DNA of 64,000 nt from Eutreptiella sp. 'Long Island Sound 2002' (taxonomy: Eukaryota > Protista > Euglenida). Each line of letters begins with the position of its first letter. Position 1 is the stretch's first letter. Shown piece by piece: positions 49,701 through 59,395 of the stretch. The notes beneath the pieces are model-generated. The model did no database searches. It was not told the origin of the DNA and saw nothing but the letters and a program-made list of their open reading frames with translations. The position numbers and the translations under genes are program-made. The stretch spans positions 26,846,001-26,910,000 of the forward strand of contig OZ038378.1 in assembly GCA_964036045.1 (NCBI GenBank), given 5' to 3'.

Positions 49701-52700
49701 AAATTGTAGTCGTCAAAAGACGCACTGAGGTCCGCACAAAAAAATTTAGATCATCAGAAGCGTGCGCATAACGCTGCAGTGTCCTGCCTAAAAGCAAGGA
49801 TGGATGATTTGCACCCCCAGGTCACCACGTTAGTTTGTATTTTAGACCTCAAACGTACCGCTCATGCTGATTTTGGGGCGGTGGACACTGGAATAGAGCC
49901 GGTAGCAAAGATCCTTCTCAGTTTGCCTCGCAAGGTGCCTCTGCACGGTACCCTAGTTCCGGAAGTTTTATGAACATTGACAAACTGCGCCCCACGCACT
50001 ATCTAGGTGTTGATGTGCGACACGCGGTGTGGTTTCTTTCGCTGCCAGTGTTGCTCATGGTGTAGGTGGCCCGTGTCTCGTAGTCTGCCATTGACTTGTA
50101 ACACTTTTTAGCGAAGTTTGAGTCTGTCCTGGAGATGCCTCCACCCGCTTTGCCCCCTGTTGGACGGGTCGTCGGCTCAGCTCCCGTCACGGACATCACT
50201 CGTGTTGGCAATGATACCCCAGCGGTTGCACCGAGCGAATCGGTGGACGATGCCTCGGTTGCGCCTTCCGGCCCGCGCACCGAGGATGTTCCTGACACTT
50301 CGCCCGTAGTGCTCACGGGATTCTTCACCTGGCTGAACACGGTTGGCGACAAACAGGTGGGCGCCTTGGCGAGAGCCTTTCACCTCATTATGCAACTAGC
50401 TGGTTGCGTCATCCCTAGTTTCCCTCATGCTGAGTGTTCAGTGCATGCAAAATTCCCCTTTGGGCACTTACCCCACGGAAACGACGGCCGGCAGCCCACT
50501 GTCCCCCCCCCCTTTTTTCTAACAGTGCTCTCCCCCTTCTGCCGAGCAACCCACGAGATTACCATGGCGCATCAAACGTGGGGTGTAATGGGCACAAAAA
50601 TAGTGCACTCTCCCGTGGTAATCCAAGGACATCAAAAAGCCACTGTAGTTCGTTACAATCACGGTCTCTGTTGTGCACATCTTCAGGATCCCAAGACAAT
50701 GCTGGCTTACACAGGTGGCGCAGGAGACGCAAATATCGCTGGATGGGGTGGCCACCGCGGAATTGGTCAAGGCGCACCCTCGGGAGGAAGTTTTTCACCT
50801 GTATTTAGGCAAAATCCCGCAGTGCAGGCACACAAATTGAATCAGGCGATTGGGTCCTAGAGCTCTGTCGGTCGGGCACATTCGGACCTGGCGCGGTTCC
50901 CTGTTGGCTGCAATGTCCATCGGTCAGCAGTGTTGGACCTACCGGCATCGCCCGCGTGTGCTGGGGTTCTAGCCGGTTTTTCCTATGCTCTCATTTTCAT
51001 GATACCTATGCACCATCTTGGAAGAGTATGTACGGGTAGATGTGTCTTTCGTTGACCTCGGTGTTCGGGAGGAGCGGATCTTCGTAGAACAAGGCGGCTC
51101 TATTACTCCTGGCGGGTGGAGAGTGCAGTCGCAGAAGTCCTACCGTCAGCGCTGGACACTGTATACCGGCAATGGCAAGGGTGAGTGTGCCGGCCGGTCG
51201 TCAGCCCTCGTTGCGGTGGTCCCTGCCCTAGCACGCAGTGGGGGATCTGCCACACTCGCACATGTGGTATCCAAGCCGGACACTATAGAGAGTCCCAGTC
51301 AGACTCGTGAGCAACAACATAGCAAGCATCAGCGTTGTGAAGAATGCCGGCCATCCCGGTCTCCGTCTCCAGAGCGCCGGCACCGACGGCATGCCGTCTA
51401 TCACTGCTCTCGCTCGAGCACCCCCCCCCCCCCCTCCAATCACACACACTGGATTGTCCCGGCAAGTGGATTCGTATTACAATGACGCTTGTGTGCGGAA
51501 TCCCATGCAATCCCGTGTCGCGACCCCGTTTCCCTATGGGAGTGCGGCTACATGCGTAGTCACTTTACGTCGACCTCAGCCAATTATGCCCACCCTTCCT
51601 TGCCTTCCCCACACGCTCACGGCCTGGAGCCGTCAACGAGAATTGGTCAAGCAAGGACCGTTGTACCCTACCTCAACCCCCCACACATTGCCCCCCTCCC
51701 CCCCGTTCGAGCTAATTGCAGAAATAGGCATAGAGCTTTTTCGCCCCCCTGAGTCCTTAGTTTCTCTGGTACGAGCTGTTCATTGGGTGCTCACTCTCCC
51801 TCCGGTAGTGGGGGATCAGCAATGGGGTTATGTACTGGATGAGGGCGACTTGGTTTCACCCCCCTCCCTTTGCCGTTCCCTTCCCTATTACCAATGCCGG
51901 ATGTCGTGGTACCCGAGCGCGACATCCATTCGACTACACAAGCCTCGGAGCCTAGTGGAGCTCCCACACCAATTTTTCAGGCAGGCCTCGGCACGGTTAG
52001 CTCGCCGCGGTGTTGGGGAGTGTGCTTTTCCTTGAGAGCCTCGGTGGGTTACTATGTGCCCCCCGATATTGTTGGCCGGGCAAGACTCAATCTTGAGCCC
52101 GTCACCATTGGATTGTTGACTCTGCTGCCGACCGTACTCAATCCCGTTACTCTGCGTCAATTCTTCCGTACTATGCAATTGCCTCCTCGTTAGCTGGTGT
52201 GACCACCCTCGTGAAGCGTGATTCTCTTTCACACATTGCGAATTTCATTCATCACCCAGACGGTCATGCCATAACCTTACAAATAGTGAATGTGTACATG
52301 TCGGCCAAACGTACTGCTAAGGAGTACCTCTCCCGCAATGGCTACGCGCTCCTGTAGCCCCAGATTTAAGACTAGTTTTGCGGGGGGGATGTTCAGTGCA
52401 GTCTAGGGTGGTCTACAGACTTTGTGTCTCTACACACCGAGATTGCTCCAGTGTTGCTAGAGTTTGTTGCTAATCGACATTTACAACCTTTCACACATGG
52501 CATGGTTGGTCCTATGTGGGTCAATGCCCAAGGGTTTGTAGGTGCACTAGATTTTTTCTTGAGCCAGAGGACAATAGGTGATGTCGGCATTGTCCGGGGG
52601 GAGCGGGACGCAGTCTTTCCGTGCTTTTTTTTGCCCTCTGGGTGTTCCGGATCCAAGGAAGTTTGACTACTGGCGTTTGGCACGCAAGTCTTTTACTCTG

Positions 52701-55700
52701 CACATCGAGCCCACGTATGTCAGTGGCCACTAGTTCCTTTGGAGGTCCAGGCGGTTGTAGGTGTGGACCAATTCCACGCCCAACATCTGTGTCCTATTCT
52801 TCATTGTATTGTAGTAGATCCCCGTGTGGTCATCCCTTGGGAAGTCCAGGAACCCCCCCCCCCCCCACAAGTCACCATGGACTCCTCCCGGCGCATTTTG
52901 CGCAAGGCTCCGAAATCCACCCCTTATCGGGACCTTGTAGAGTATTGCATGCCGGAGTGGTTGCATGATGCGCAGTTGAAGTGGGTGGTAGATTTTGTCT
53001 GTAATGTGGCTAATGGGTTGCCTGTGGCAGTACTAGTCCACAGGGACTTCTACGCTTTGCCCAACAAGGTGCCCCATGGGCCTCTGGCGAATGCACCTCC
53101 TTTGCTGAACTGTACCACGATGTGGAAGCTTACTGGGGCACATATTGCCAACCACCGAATCCCTCTTCGTACGCAGTCCGGTGTCATGCCTAGCACAAAG
53201 TTTGCCCTACACGCCTCCTCTTGCATTGCGGATCTGCTCCGTGTGCTCCACAATTACATTTGGTAATATAGCCATTGACACAAGCGTCGTTGTATGGCGG
53301 TGGATGATGTACGGCATGCGTACGGGTCTATGGTGCGTGATATTGTACGCCATCTACTGCAGTGTGCGGAGCTGCTAGCCACCGCGACACAATTACTTCT
53401 CATGGCTACCACAGAGGCCACAGTGCACATTGGTGGTCATGAGGGAGTGGCATAGGCCCTGGGAAGGCTACTGGTGGGCGTGGCTTAGGGCTGCCCGGGA
53501 TCCTCAATGGTCTTTTGCATTGTGGCGGAGTTCCGCGCTTTTTTTGCCTTACTTCATGTTCCCCAGTCCTAGGGACCCGGAGGACCTTTCAACAGACTAG
53601 GGTACAGGGATGAAACCACGTGGTGCATCGATTACGAAAGTGATCTGCCAGTTTTTGCGAGCAATCTCAAGAAGGAGGGACATCTGACTAACATGTGTTC
53701 CTCATGCCCGAAACAGCTCTCGCCAGTGGCTTCTTACGAGGCTTTCAATTCACTTTCCATCGGCAGGCCATGTACATGGGTGAGTCTCGCATGCCAATCC
53801 ATCAAGGGACAGAATATATCCGGGTGGTCGCTATAGTATTTTGCATCCATCCATTCTACTGTTTGCAAGGCATGCACCGCTCTGCACATGACATGACCGT
53901 TCGCCTGTTCCGGTGTAATTGGGGGTAATGAGATATGAAAACCCATTACATGCATATAGAACATGAAACGACCGTGATCCGTGCCATGCGCTCGGCAGCG
54001 GCGCAAGAGGCCCCGACGAACACAAGGCATATCGGGGTGGAAATGTTGCATCGCTTCATACCGTCCATGTTGTGTGCTGCGTCGCACCATAATGTTTGCA
54101 TGTCGCGGCTATTTTTGACACCCTTGTAAGAATGGATGAATGACAACCACTACAGCCGGATCAATGCCCCGCAGTCAAAGGTTGGAAAAATACGCCGAGG
54201 GAAGAGTATGCCAACCTGTGACCGCGCGTAAAACCGCGGCTTGGTCGGCCACTTTTGGGGAGTTGTAAGTGGGAGGCCGACCACCAGCCTGCCACCACTG
54301 CCGCCCAGCCTGCCACTGCTGCATAATTTTGGCTTGGATAGTTGGACAGAAGATGTACCATAGCTAGCACCCTTGAAGTGCGTCTGGCCATGAAGAGTTT
54401 TGTCTTATCCCCCTTGTGGTAGACATGCAAAAAAAGATGTCCAGTCTGAAAGATGCGCATGCTGCCGGCTGGCCGCCCGCTCTATGGCAGTGGCAGTTGG
54501 AACGTTCTTTGCCTTGGTATGGGGCGTCACTCCCTTTGTTACCCATCTGCCTCCACTTTCCGTGGTCCCGCGGCACGTGGCCTTTGTCACTGATGGCTCG
54601 TAGTTGCACTCCCACCGCTTTGGGGGGGCTTTCGCGGTGACCTACCTAGAAACACTTACGTGGACGGTTCACCCCGTGTCAGTCTCGTGCTAGCTTGACC
54701 ACTCTTACACAGTGGAGGTCTACACTTCGTGTTTTGAGTCAAGACTGCGATCCGGGAGGCGCCGGGTGTCTGTTGTGCCACAGTCAGTAGCCTTCGAGAA
54801 GGCGGCAGTTTCATAGACTCGAAGTCATACATCATGGCTCTTCATTCCCGCCGACCCGGGCACGGGGCTTGTGGATCTGCTGCTTGCTGAGTGTAGCCGG
54901 ATGGCCGCTCACTTTCACCGTCTTCAACACTTGTACTCTCATCAGGGGGGTACCTTCTAAGGTGCGGCACTAGGTGCCGTTGATCGAGAAGCCAAGGCAC
55001 AAGCCTTACGCCAGGCAAACTCGACGCCCCTAGGGTACATGGAAGGTCTATTGCCCCCTCAGCCAGGGTTTTGTAAGGACGGAATACAATGGCATGACAC
55101 GGGGGCGGTGCTAGACCATTTAGTGAGGCAGCAATATGCTAGACCACAAGACATGGAATACCACCCCACGGTGGCGTCCTATACTTATTACGCATCCCTT
55201 GTTGCTTCTGGAGCTCTCTCGTGGGGGGAGCAGCTTTGGATGGTCAGTTTCCAACATGGTCTAGACACATCTCTCTGTGTTCAGTGTGTTTTCTGCGATA
55301 AGCCTGTCACGGCTGCAAATTACTAGGACATTTGTCAATATGGAGGCCTCTAGAGAGCCACCAGCAAAGTGTGTGTGAGGACCTTTGATAGGGCCACGCA
55401 AAAGTAATGATCTGCGGGAAGCCACCAACCCTGCCATAGCAAAAAGCACACGGCAACTGTCCAGGGCACAAGTGAGGGTGTCCCTACAACTTGGTTCTTT
55501 TCCTAGGGATTAGTGAACCCTTTCCCCTAGGTTCATTGTCCTGTGGGGGTCCCCCAACCCTTCTACCTGAGTTGATGGTGTCTGGGTTTGGTTCCTACGG
55601 GTTTTGGGGCTTTTGATACCCTTGCTGCCAAATCACAGCCTTAATGCATGCCACCAATGTTTCGGACTTGCCAGCCCCAGCCCCCTCGGTGAGACCACTG

Positions 55701-58700
55701 ATTGTGATACTCCCATCCAAGACATTGCGCACTGCCAAGGCTTGTGCGGGGTTTAACCCGTGGCGTTCGATGAGGTGTTCAAGGGTGTCCGTGTCTGATG
55801 TTTGCAGGGTGTTCACCACCGCAGGGTTCCTAATGTCCTCCAACAATTTTGAACATGCCCTGTTTTCTTTGATCTCGGCCCGTAAATTACGGAACATCTG
55901 TTCATCAGGTACAACAATGCGAAAAAAAATTCAAGGGGCGGGGCGTCCCTCGGGATGCGTGGTCTATTATTACATTGGATAAAAATGCGGTCTCTTAAAA
56001 CCCCATCGCCACTGTCGACGTGTGCAATGAAAGTGGACACCATTTGTTGAGTCATCGGAGGGCTGCCACCATGCACCCACCATCCATGGAGCATATCACC
56101 ATCACTCAACTCATAGTTGCCCCACACCTCCAACTCAGCAAACCACTTTTGGACTTTCACATTTTGTACACTAAAATGGCGGCGGAACTGCGTCGCATTG
56201 TTCCCGAATGGTCGGTGTCCCTCCCCACTTGGGGAGTATTTGTATTGTGGGGGGGTTCATATCCGGGTCTTACTGTGCAAGACATCTCTGATTGCCTGGT
56301 AACTACGGTTTCGTGGGTCACCTTGTCGCTGGGTGGCCACGTTCTCACTGCATTAGAGGGAGCTCTCGTCCATCACAGGGCAACCTCCACACAGGTTCAC
56401 GCAGTTATTGACAGTTTTTGGAAGATGGTACTACAGTTGTCTCGTGCCTCTCACCCCCCGTAGCTTCATGACTGTGGAGACTGGTTCCAGGTAGGGGATC
56501 CTCTGCGTATCAGATGATTCTGTTTCTACATGCAGAGCTGCGGACACATGGTACACACCCACTACACAAACATGCGTTTGCAAATGCCCGGACATTAACT
56601 CTCGAATTCGGTGCCCGTGTTGCTACAGAGGCTGCCTAGATTTCGGAAGGGTTCAAGGGACGTGGTTGACGACCATGCGCGAGCGGACGCGTACAGCATA
56701 CGGGGAAATGGGAGCATGTGGACACTAGACAAGGGGACATAGCACACAGATAGAGGGGCACCGGGCAACCGTCGTGAGGGCTAGGGCACTCCGTGACAAT
56801 GCAACCGCAGAAGGAGTTTAGACCTCTGGAGCATGTACATTAAGCGGAGCGATGCCGTGACCCCCGCGACCGCCCGAGCATCAAAAACCACGGGTGTTCC
56901 AGAAGCGAACACCTGTGCCCGTTTTCACTCCCCCCACGACAGCACTCTGGTCAATAGTTTGGTGGGTGGGTCCGAGCCAAGCTCCAGCCTATACCCGTGC
57001 AGGTGCAAGTCCTGCAGACCCACCACCACCCCGCCCTTTAATTAGGCAGTGCCCAGCCACTGCCTGAATTTGCATACATTACATGGTTTCTTGCCCTTTG
57101 CTGTCCTCTCTTCCGGCCACGCAACTGCGTCTCCGTCTCGTTGTGTATGCAGAGTGCGAAATCGCCAACCCCGCCCTCCGCGATGTCGTGCGGCACTCAG
57201 TCATCGTCCCGCAGAAGCAGCGGATCAATGCGCTTGCCGCCAAGCTAGTCACCGAGTTCTATGACATCAACACGGTCCAGGGGAGATTGGAGCGCGCGCG
57301 CTTCCATCACCACGCTGCCCACGATAGCAGGTGCCAGGCGGACCTGGGCGCCGCCTGGCGGATCCTCCACCGCGCTGGCAGCGGCGGCACGGCTCACGAG
57401 CGCAAGGCTACGGAGCACCGCATCGCCAAGTTGTGTGGGAAGTACGGGGTGGACCTGCAGGCAGTGCCTTCATCCCCCTTGGCCTGTGACCACTGCATCA
57501 GTGCCTCCGGGGTTTGCGTCAGGGGCCAGCTTTTTTGTGAAAGGCAAACCCAGACATGGTCTGAAGATTGGCGGTTTACCGCCGGCGGTGGATGATTAAC
57601 CACTATCCTTCCGCGATTGATCGACCGCTTGTGTTCAAAGGCCCGTAGTTAGCGCACGAACGTCATGGGGCAAAACAACTTTTTTTTTCAGAGCGAGTCT
57701 GGGCCAGAGGTGCTGCTGCTGCCCCTTGGAACAGCCCAAACCCAGTCCACTCGGGCACCACATGCCCCGAGATGCGAGATGGCATTCATGCGCGAGCTTC
57801 TGAATTGCTGACATCCAATTTTCAATCCGGTCGATCCGGTGGGTGTACAATCCCCCCCCTCCCGCGGCTATTTGTAGCATATCCTGTGGCTCAAAACCGT
57901 GATACTCTCAACTATCGAACGAGGTATCGCAGGTTCGATTCCTAGCCTTACGGATTGTGGTGGGGGATCATGCTGGTATGCGACCAGACCCTGGCCGGAA
58001 GGATGCTGCTCAAGATGGCGTCAGGAGGATCATACTGGGCGTACGCTGCATGTGAGGGTTCATGTCACAAAAATGTGCATGGACGAGGTTATAGGACGCT
58101 CGCCCCACTCCCCCAACCGGGTGCCAAGCTCCCTGATGCTCTGCTCAGCCACATCAAGAATCCGTCTGGCAGTGTAATAGACTCCCAAGGAAGTGACCAA
58201 AAGTGAAGGCCCTTCCCCTGCCGCTCCTCTCCATCCCTGCAGACTTGTCCCACACGGTAAATAGCCAGCACTCAGGGGATCCCCCTCCCCGGCCGGAGCC
58301 TCGTTGGCCCTGTGTTATCATTCCCACGTCAGATGTAATGGAGAGCACCTCCAAATCTTCACGGTCTTGGGAATGTCTGCAGGTGAACACTGCCGGCGCC
58401 GGCAGTGCAGTGGACGCGTGTGCGGCGAGGGGCGTAACACAACGCGTCTGTGTACAAGCGATGTATACGATTTCCTATTGAATTGAATTGAATTGAACAA
58501 GGGGGTTGGCTCCGGCGAACCGAGGCCCCAAACGACTGAGGAAGGGCCCGGTCAGTTGACCAGCAGGTGCCGTCGTGAGGCACTGCTGGCCGTCCTTGAA
58601 TCGACAATCGCCCTCGACGGTTGGTCAACCGCACACCCGTCCCCCTGCAGTCCATTCTTCTGTCTTCTCTCGCAGGCGTGGTCTGGGTCAGTGCCCCGTC

Positions 58701-59395
58701 TGCCAGCCACATCACCCTTCGAGCCGACGCTGATGCCCACGCAGGTCATCCACGTCAAGTACTACCGCCCCCCTATCGCGCTGGGGCCGATGTGCAGTTC
58801 GCTGCTGGACTTCGCGTGGACAAGCCGCACGCTGTTTATTGAGAGGGCCAGGCACGGCCACGACATCGCCCTGGAGCCGCTCCACGCCCAGGGCATCCCG
58901 CGCTACGTCGCCGCCGTGCGCCGGTTTAGCGACGTCGTCACTCCGGGGCAGGTCGTGGACCTGGAGACCGAGGAGCGGGCGCTGCGGTCGTGGCTGTCGC
59001 GCAGCGCTGACGTGGCGCAGGCGGGGGCAAAGGCCCAGGCATTCTTGGACTACACCAACACGACGGTGGCGGCGCGTGCGGCAGCGATGGAGGCGTTTGT
59101 CCAGCGAATGTCGCCCACGTTTGCTTTGCTGGCAACGCAGCTCACGCCGCCGGGGGATGTCGCATGTGCGGGCGACAGCAGCGGAAAGGAGCTGCTGCTG
59201 CGGGCGCTGGGGTCCATGTTTGCGTGGCCCGAGCCACAGCAGGTGTACGCCGCCCTTATGGATTTGGCGCTGATGGGGTGGCAGCCGCCGAACCCCAAGC
59301 TGTCACTGGCGGTGCTGCGCAACCTGTGCTTGTGGAGCCGGGAGGAGTCCCGGGATGCTTTCGTGGCCTTCCTGTTGGGCCATGCTTTGTTTTGA
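14721..59395 (+). CDS. EF-hand + soluble adenylyl cyclase-like (twin class III cyclase) + STAND/AAA NTPase protein, 9 exons, ~1417 aa as modelled
   Basis: Exons 14721-15539, 16713-17005, 17507-18032, 19699-19818, 34054-34410, 35150-35467, 42157-42949, 57153-57460, 58676-59395. All junctions are phase-compatible and join motifs correctly (RFHG|DVISFAGDA; CPVVQ|IMDNDKG; KGGAGSVQ|VYTL). The start codon is uncertain and extra exons cannot be excluded. Confidence 0.85.
16713..17005 (+). CDS. Cyclase gene exon 2: start of cyclase domain C1
   Basis: Acceptor CAACAG|GCC; LLFIDLSGYSAIT (first metal-binding Asp); donor CGG|GTACCG. Confidence 0.92.
17507..18032 (+). CDS. Cyclase gene exon 3: rest of C1
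   Basis: CCACAG|T GAC; DVISFAGDAIVAVW (second Asp), FRIHIGLVCG, AKPGEICLT; donor CAG|GTGTGG. Confidence 0.93.
19172..19428 (+). repeat. Apparently perfect 128-bp tandem duplication in intron 3
   Basis: GTTGCCATTGATCAATCCGACGTG starts at 19172 and 19300; I saw no differences between copies. Confidence 0.95.
19699..19818 (+). CDS. Cyclase gene exon 4 (120 nt, absent from the ORF track): start of C2
   Basis: CGCAG|GTT...GTGCAG|GTAACT encodes VAQRRWLEVLFIAKDSAISVADWFEEVQQLLDDHNCPVVQ, which supplies the first strand of C2 before IMDNDKG. Confidence 0.85.
19900..21860 (+). mobile_element. Two tandem decayed fragments of an RNase H-containing non-LTR (LINE-like) element, each ending in a conserved junction plus (ACACACRGCC)n
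   Basis: ORF 20661..21179 has IVATDAG...QEGEAMTLL, then VHNFES (RNase H-like D/E pattern). Terminal motif GGTAACAGCACCTT at 20456 and CATTGCCATTTGGTAGCAGCACCTTCGGC at 21791, each followed by the satellite. Confidence 0.55.
22600..24800. repeat. Degenerate repeat family with motif GAGGACANAAATNCCC...GGGAA in two patches (22600-23120, 24470-24800), with a LINE-like fragment (minus, ~23200-23480) between
   Basis: Motif-like copies near 22635, 22680, 22730, 23043, 24482 and 24703. The minus fragment GHPHRAPLYMA...HIHPWEH resembles GPIYMAL...AHPW of ORF 20661. Confidence 0.5.
28630..29500 (-). mobile_element. Decayed copy of the satellite-associated LINE-like family
   Basis: 28741-28769 is the reverse complement of CATTGCCATTTGGTAACAGCACCTTCGGC (28/29 identical to 21791-21819). 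The upstream ~80 bp also aligns with ~21715-21790. The satellite follows at 28630-28735. Confidence 0.6.
29530..30430 (+). repeat. 10-bp satellite (GTGTGTGGCY)n, two blocks (29530-29735, 30010-30430)
   Basis: Directly visible degenerate 10-mer arrays. Confidence 0.95.
30431..30770 (-). mobile_element. LINE-like RT C-terminal fragment
   Basis: Minus frame VLPCGKGINRGPLIMPLLAYGGLG resembles the P...GGLG motif that follows non-LTR RT domains; it abuts the satellite. Confidence 0.4.
31430..31830 (+). repeat. 10-bp satellite blocks (31430-31530, 31740-31830) flanking a LINE-like RNase H fragment (minus)
   Basis: Satellite visible. The enclosed minus-strand GCCACTACCTCATACAAG matches GCCACTACCTCCTACACT near 23330. 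Confidence 0.8.
32280..33500 (+). repeat. Complex degenerate monomer array
   Basis: GCGCCRGAAAAGCCCRAGT...GGGATAG-like units near 32413, 32508, 32607, 32992; a second unit CCCC-RATAGYC...TTGGTATGGTGG near 32690, 32768, 33108. Confidence 0.7.
34054..34410 (+). CDS. Cyclase gene exon 5: C2 core
   Basis: TATACAG|ATC; IMDNDKG...VGLACGLVFCGLVG...WDITGPACVRACRLMQ...PLKG; donor CAG|GTGTTG. Confidence 0.92.
34737..34765 (+). repeat. (TG)n microsatellite
   Basis: Directly visible. Confidence 0.97.
35150..35467 (+). CDS. Cyclase gene exon 6: P-loop
   Basis: CACAG|GTG; AAVIYGRLGSGKTT Walker A; donor AAG|GTTGAG. Confidence 0.88.
35685..36630 (+). repeat. Degenerate ~52-bp minisatellite, array 1 (core GGGTTATGTAGCCATT)
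   Basis: Cores near 35688, 35733, 35867, 35921, 36047, 36098, 36151, 36250, 36300, 36456, 36508, 36559, 36613. Confidence 0.8.
37849..39471 (+). repeat. 428-bp direct repeat (37849-38276 and 39043-39471) enclosing a 766-bp GC-rich segment
   Basis: Both copies run CAGCCTTCGTGGCGGATG...CnAATCA, with at least 3 substitutions plus a different C-run length. Confidence 0.95.
39480..40145 (+). repeat. Degenerate ~52-bp minisatellite, array 2 (same family and orientation as array 1)
   Basis: Cores near 39493, 39749, 39906, 39960, 40013, 40065, 40126. Confidence 0.75.
40200..41700 (-). pseudogene. Decayed PIF1-family helicase (Helitron-like RepHel remnant)
   Basis: LQDLDVLFIGEYG (motif II-like), then LISALDMLLMKVWHKGHPFGNLMVITRGDHY*V, matching the PIF1 PFGG..VI..GD..QL motif with Q replaced by TAG (~40760-40815). 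Many stops and shifts. Confidence 0.5.
42157..42949 (+). CDS. Cyclase gene exon 7: STAND NTPase core and helical domain
   Basis: CATAG|GCC; LVVRHAQFLDPRSL (Walker B position), FVVFLTVYP, LETLPDAELAALI, KSGRIPK (GxP-like); strongly GC3-biased; donor G|GTGTGT at 42949/42950. Confidence 0.88.
43308..43331 (+). repeat. (TG)n microsatellite
   Basis: Directly visible. Confidence 0.95.
43700..45560 (+). mobile_element. Possible highly decayed LINE (APE endonuclease-RT) remnant
   Basis: Weak, correctly ordered motifs: TLQA*NLG (~43830), VVNFWDVKK (~44850), GQVLQPGARPLL (~45135). Confidence 0.33.
46880..47260 (+). repeat. Short GAGAG-rich sub-repeats, including two tandem TCCATGCCCTAAGAGAG(AG)AACCTCACCA units
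   Basis: Units visible near 47125 and 47153, with related units from ~46880. Confidence 0.75.
54100..56400 (-). pseudogene. Decayed superfamily-1 helicase (Upf1/Sen1/DNA2-like)
   Basis: ORF 55595..55897: HGLNPAQALAVRNVLDGSITISGLTEGAGAGKSETLVACIKAVI (Q-motif plus Walker A-like). Weaker, ordered downstream matches: WLLDQRHLVP (~54970), SNYPSQ and SILTRVSK (~54100-54350). Confidence 0.6.
57153..57460 (+). CDS. Cyclase gene exon 8 (helical)
   Basis: TATGCAG|AG matches the phase-1 end of exon 7; CEIANPALRDVVRHSVIVPQK...RARFHHHAA; GC3-rich. The donor is either CAG|GC (57461) or GGG|GT (57449). Confidence 0.8.
58676..59395 (+). CDS. Cyclase gene terminal exon 9, unrecognised C-terminal domain
   Basis: Pyrimidine tract then CGCAG|GCG; GC3-rich 239-codon frame ending LLGHALF*TGA. 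Confidence 0.82.
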   Translation, partial: AWSGSVPRLPATSPFEPTLMPTQVIHVKYYRPPIALGPMCSSLLDFAWTSRTLFIERARHGHDIALEPLHAQGIPRYVAAVRRFSDVVTPGQVVDLETEERALRSWLSRSADVAQAGAKAQAFLDYTNTTVAARAAAMEAFVQRMSPTFALLATQLTPPGDVACAGDSSGKELLLRALGSMFAWPEPQQVYAALMDLALMGWQPPNPKLSLAVLRNLCLWSREESRDAFVAFLLGHALF

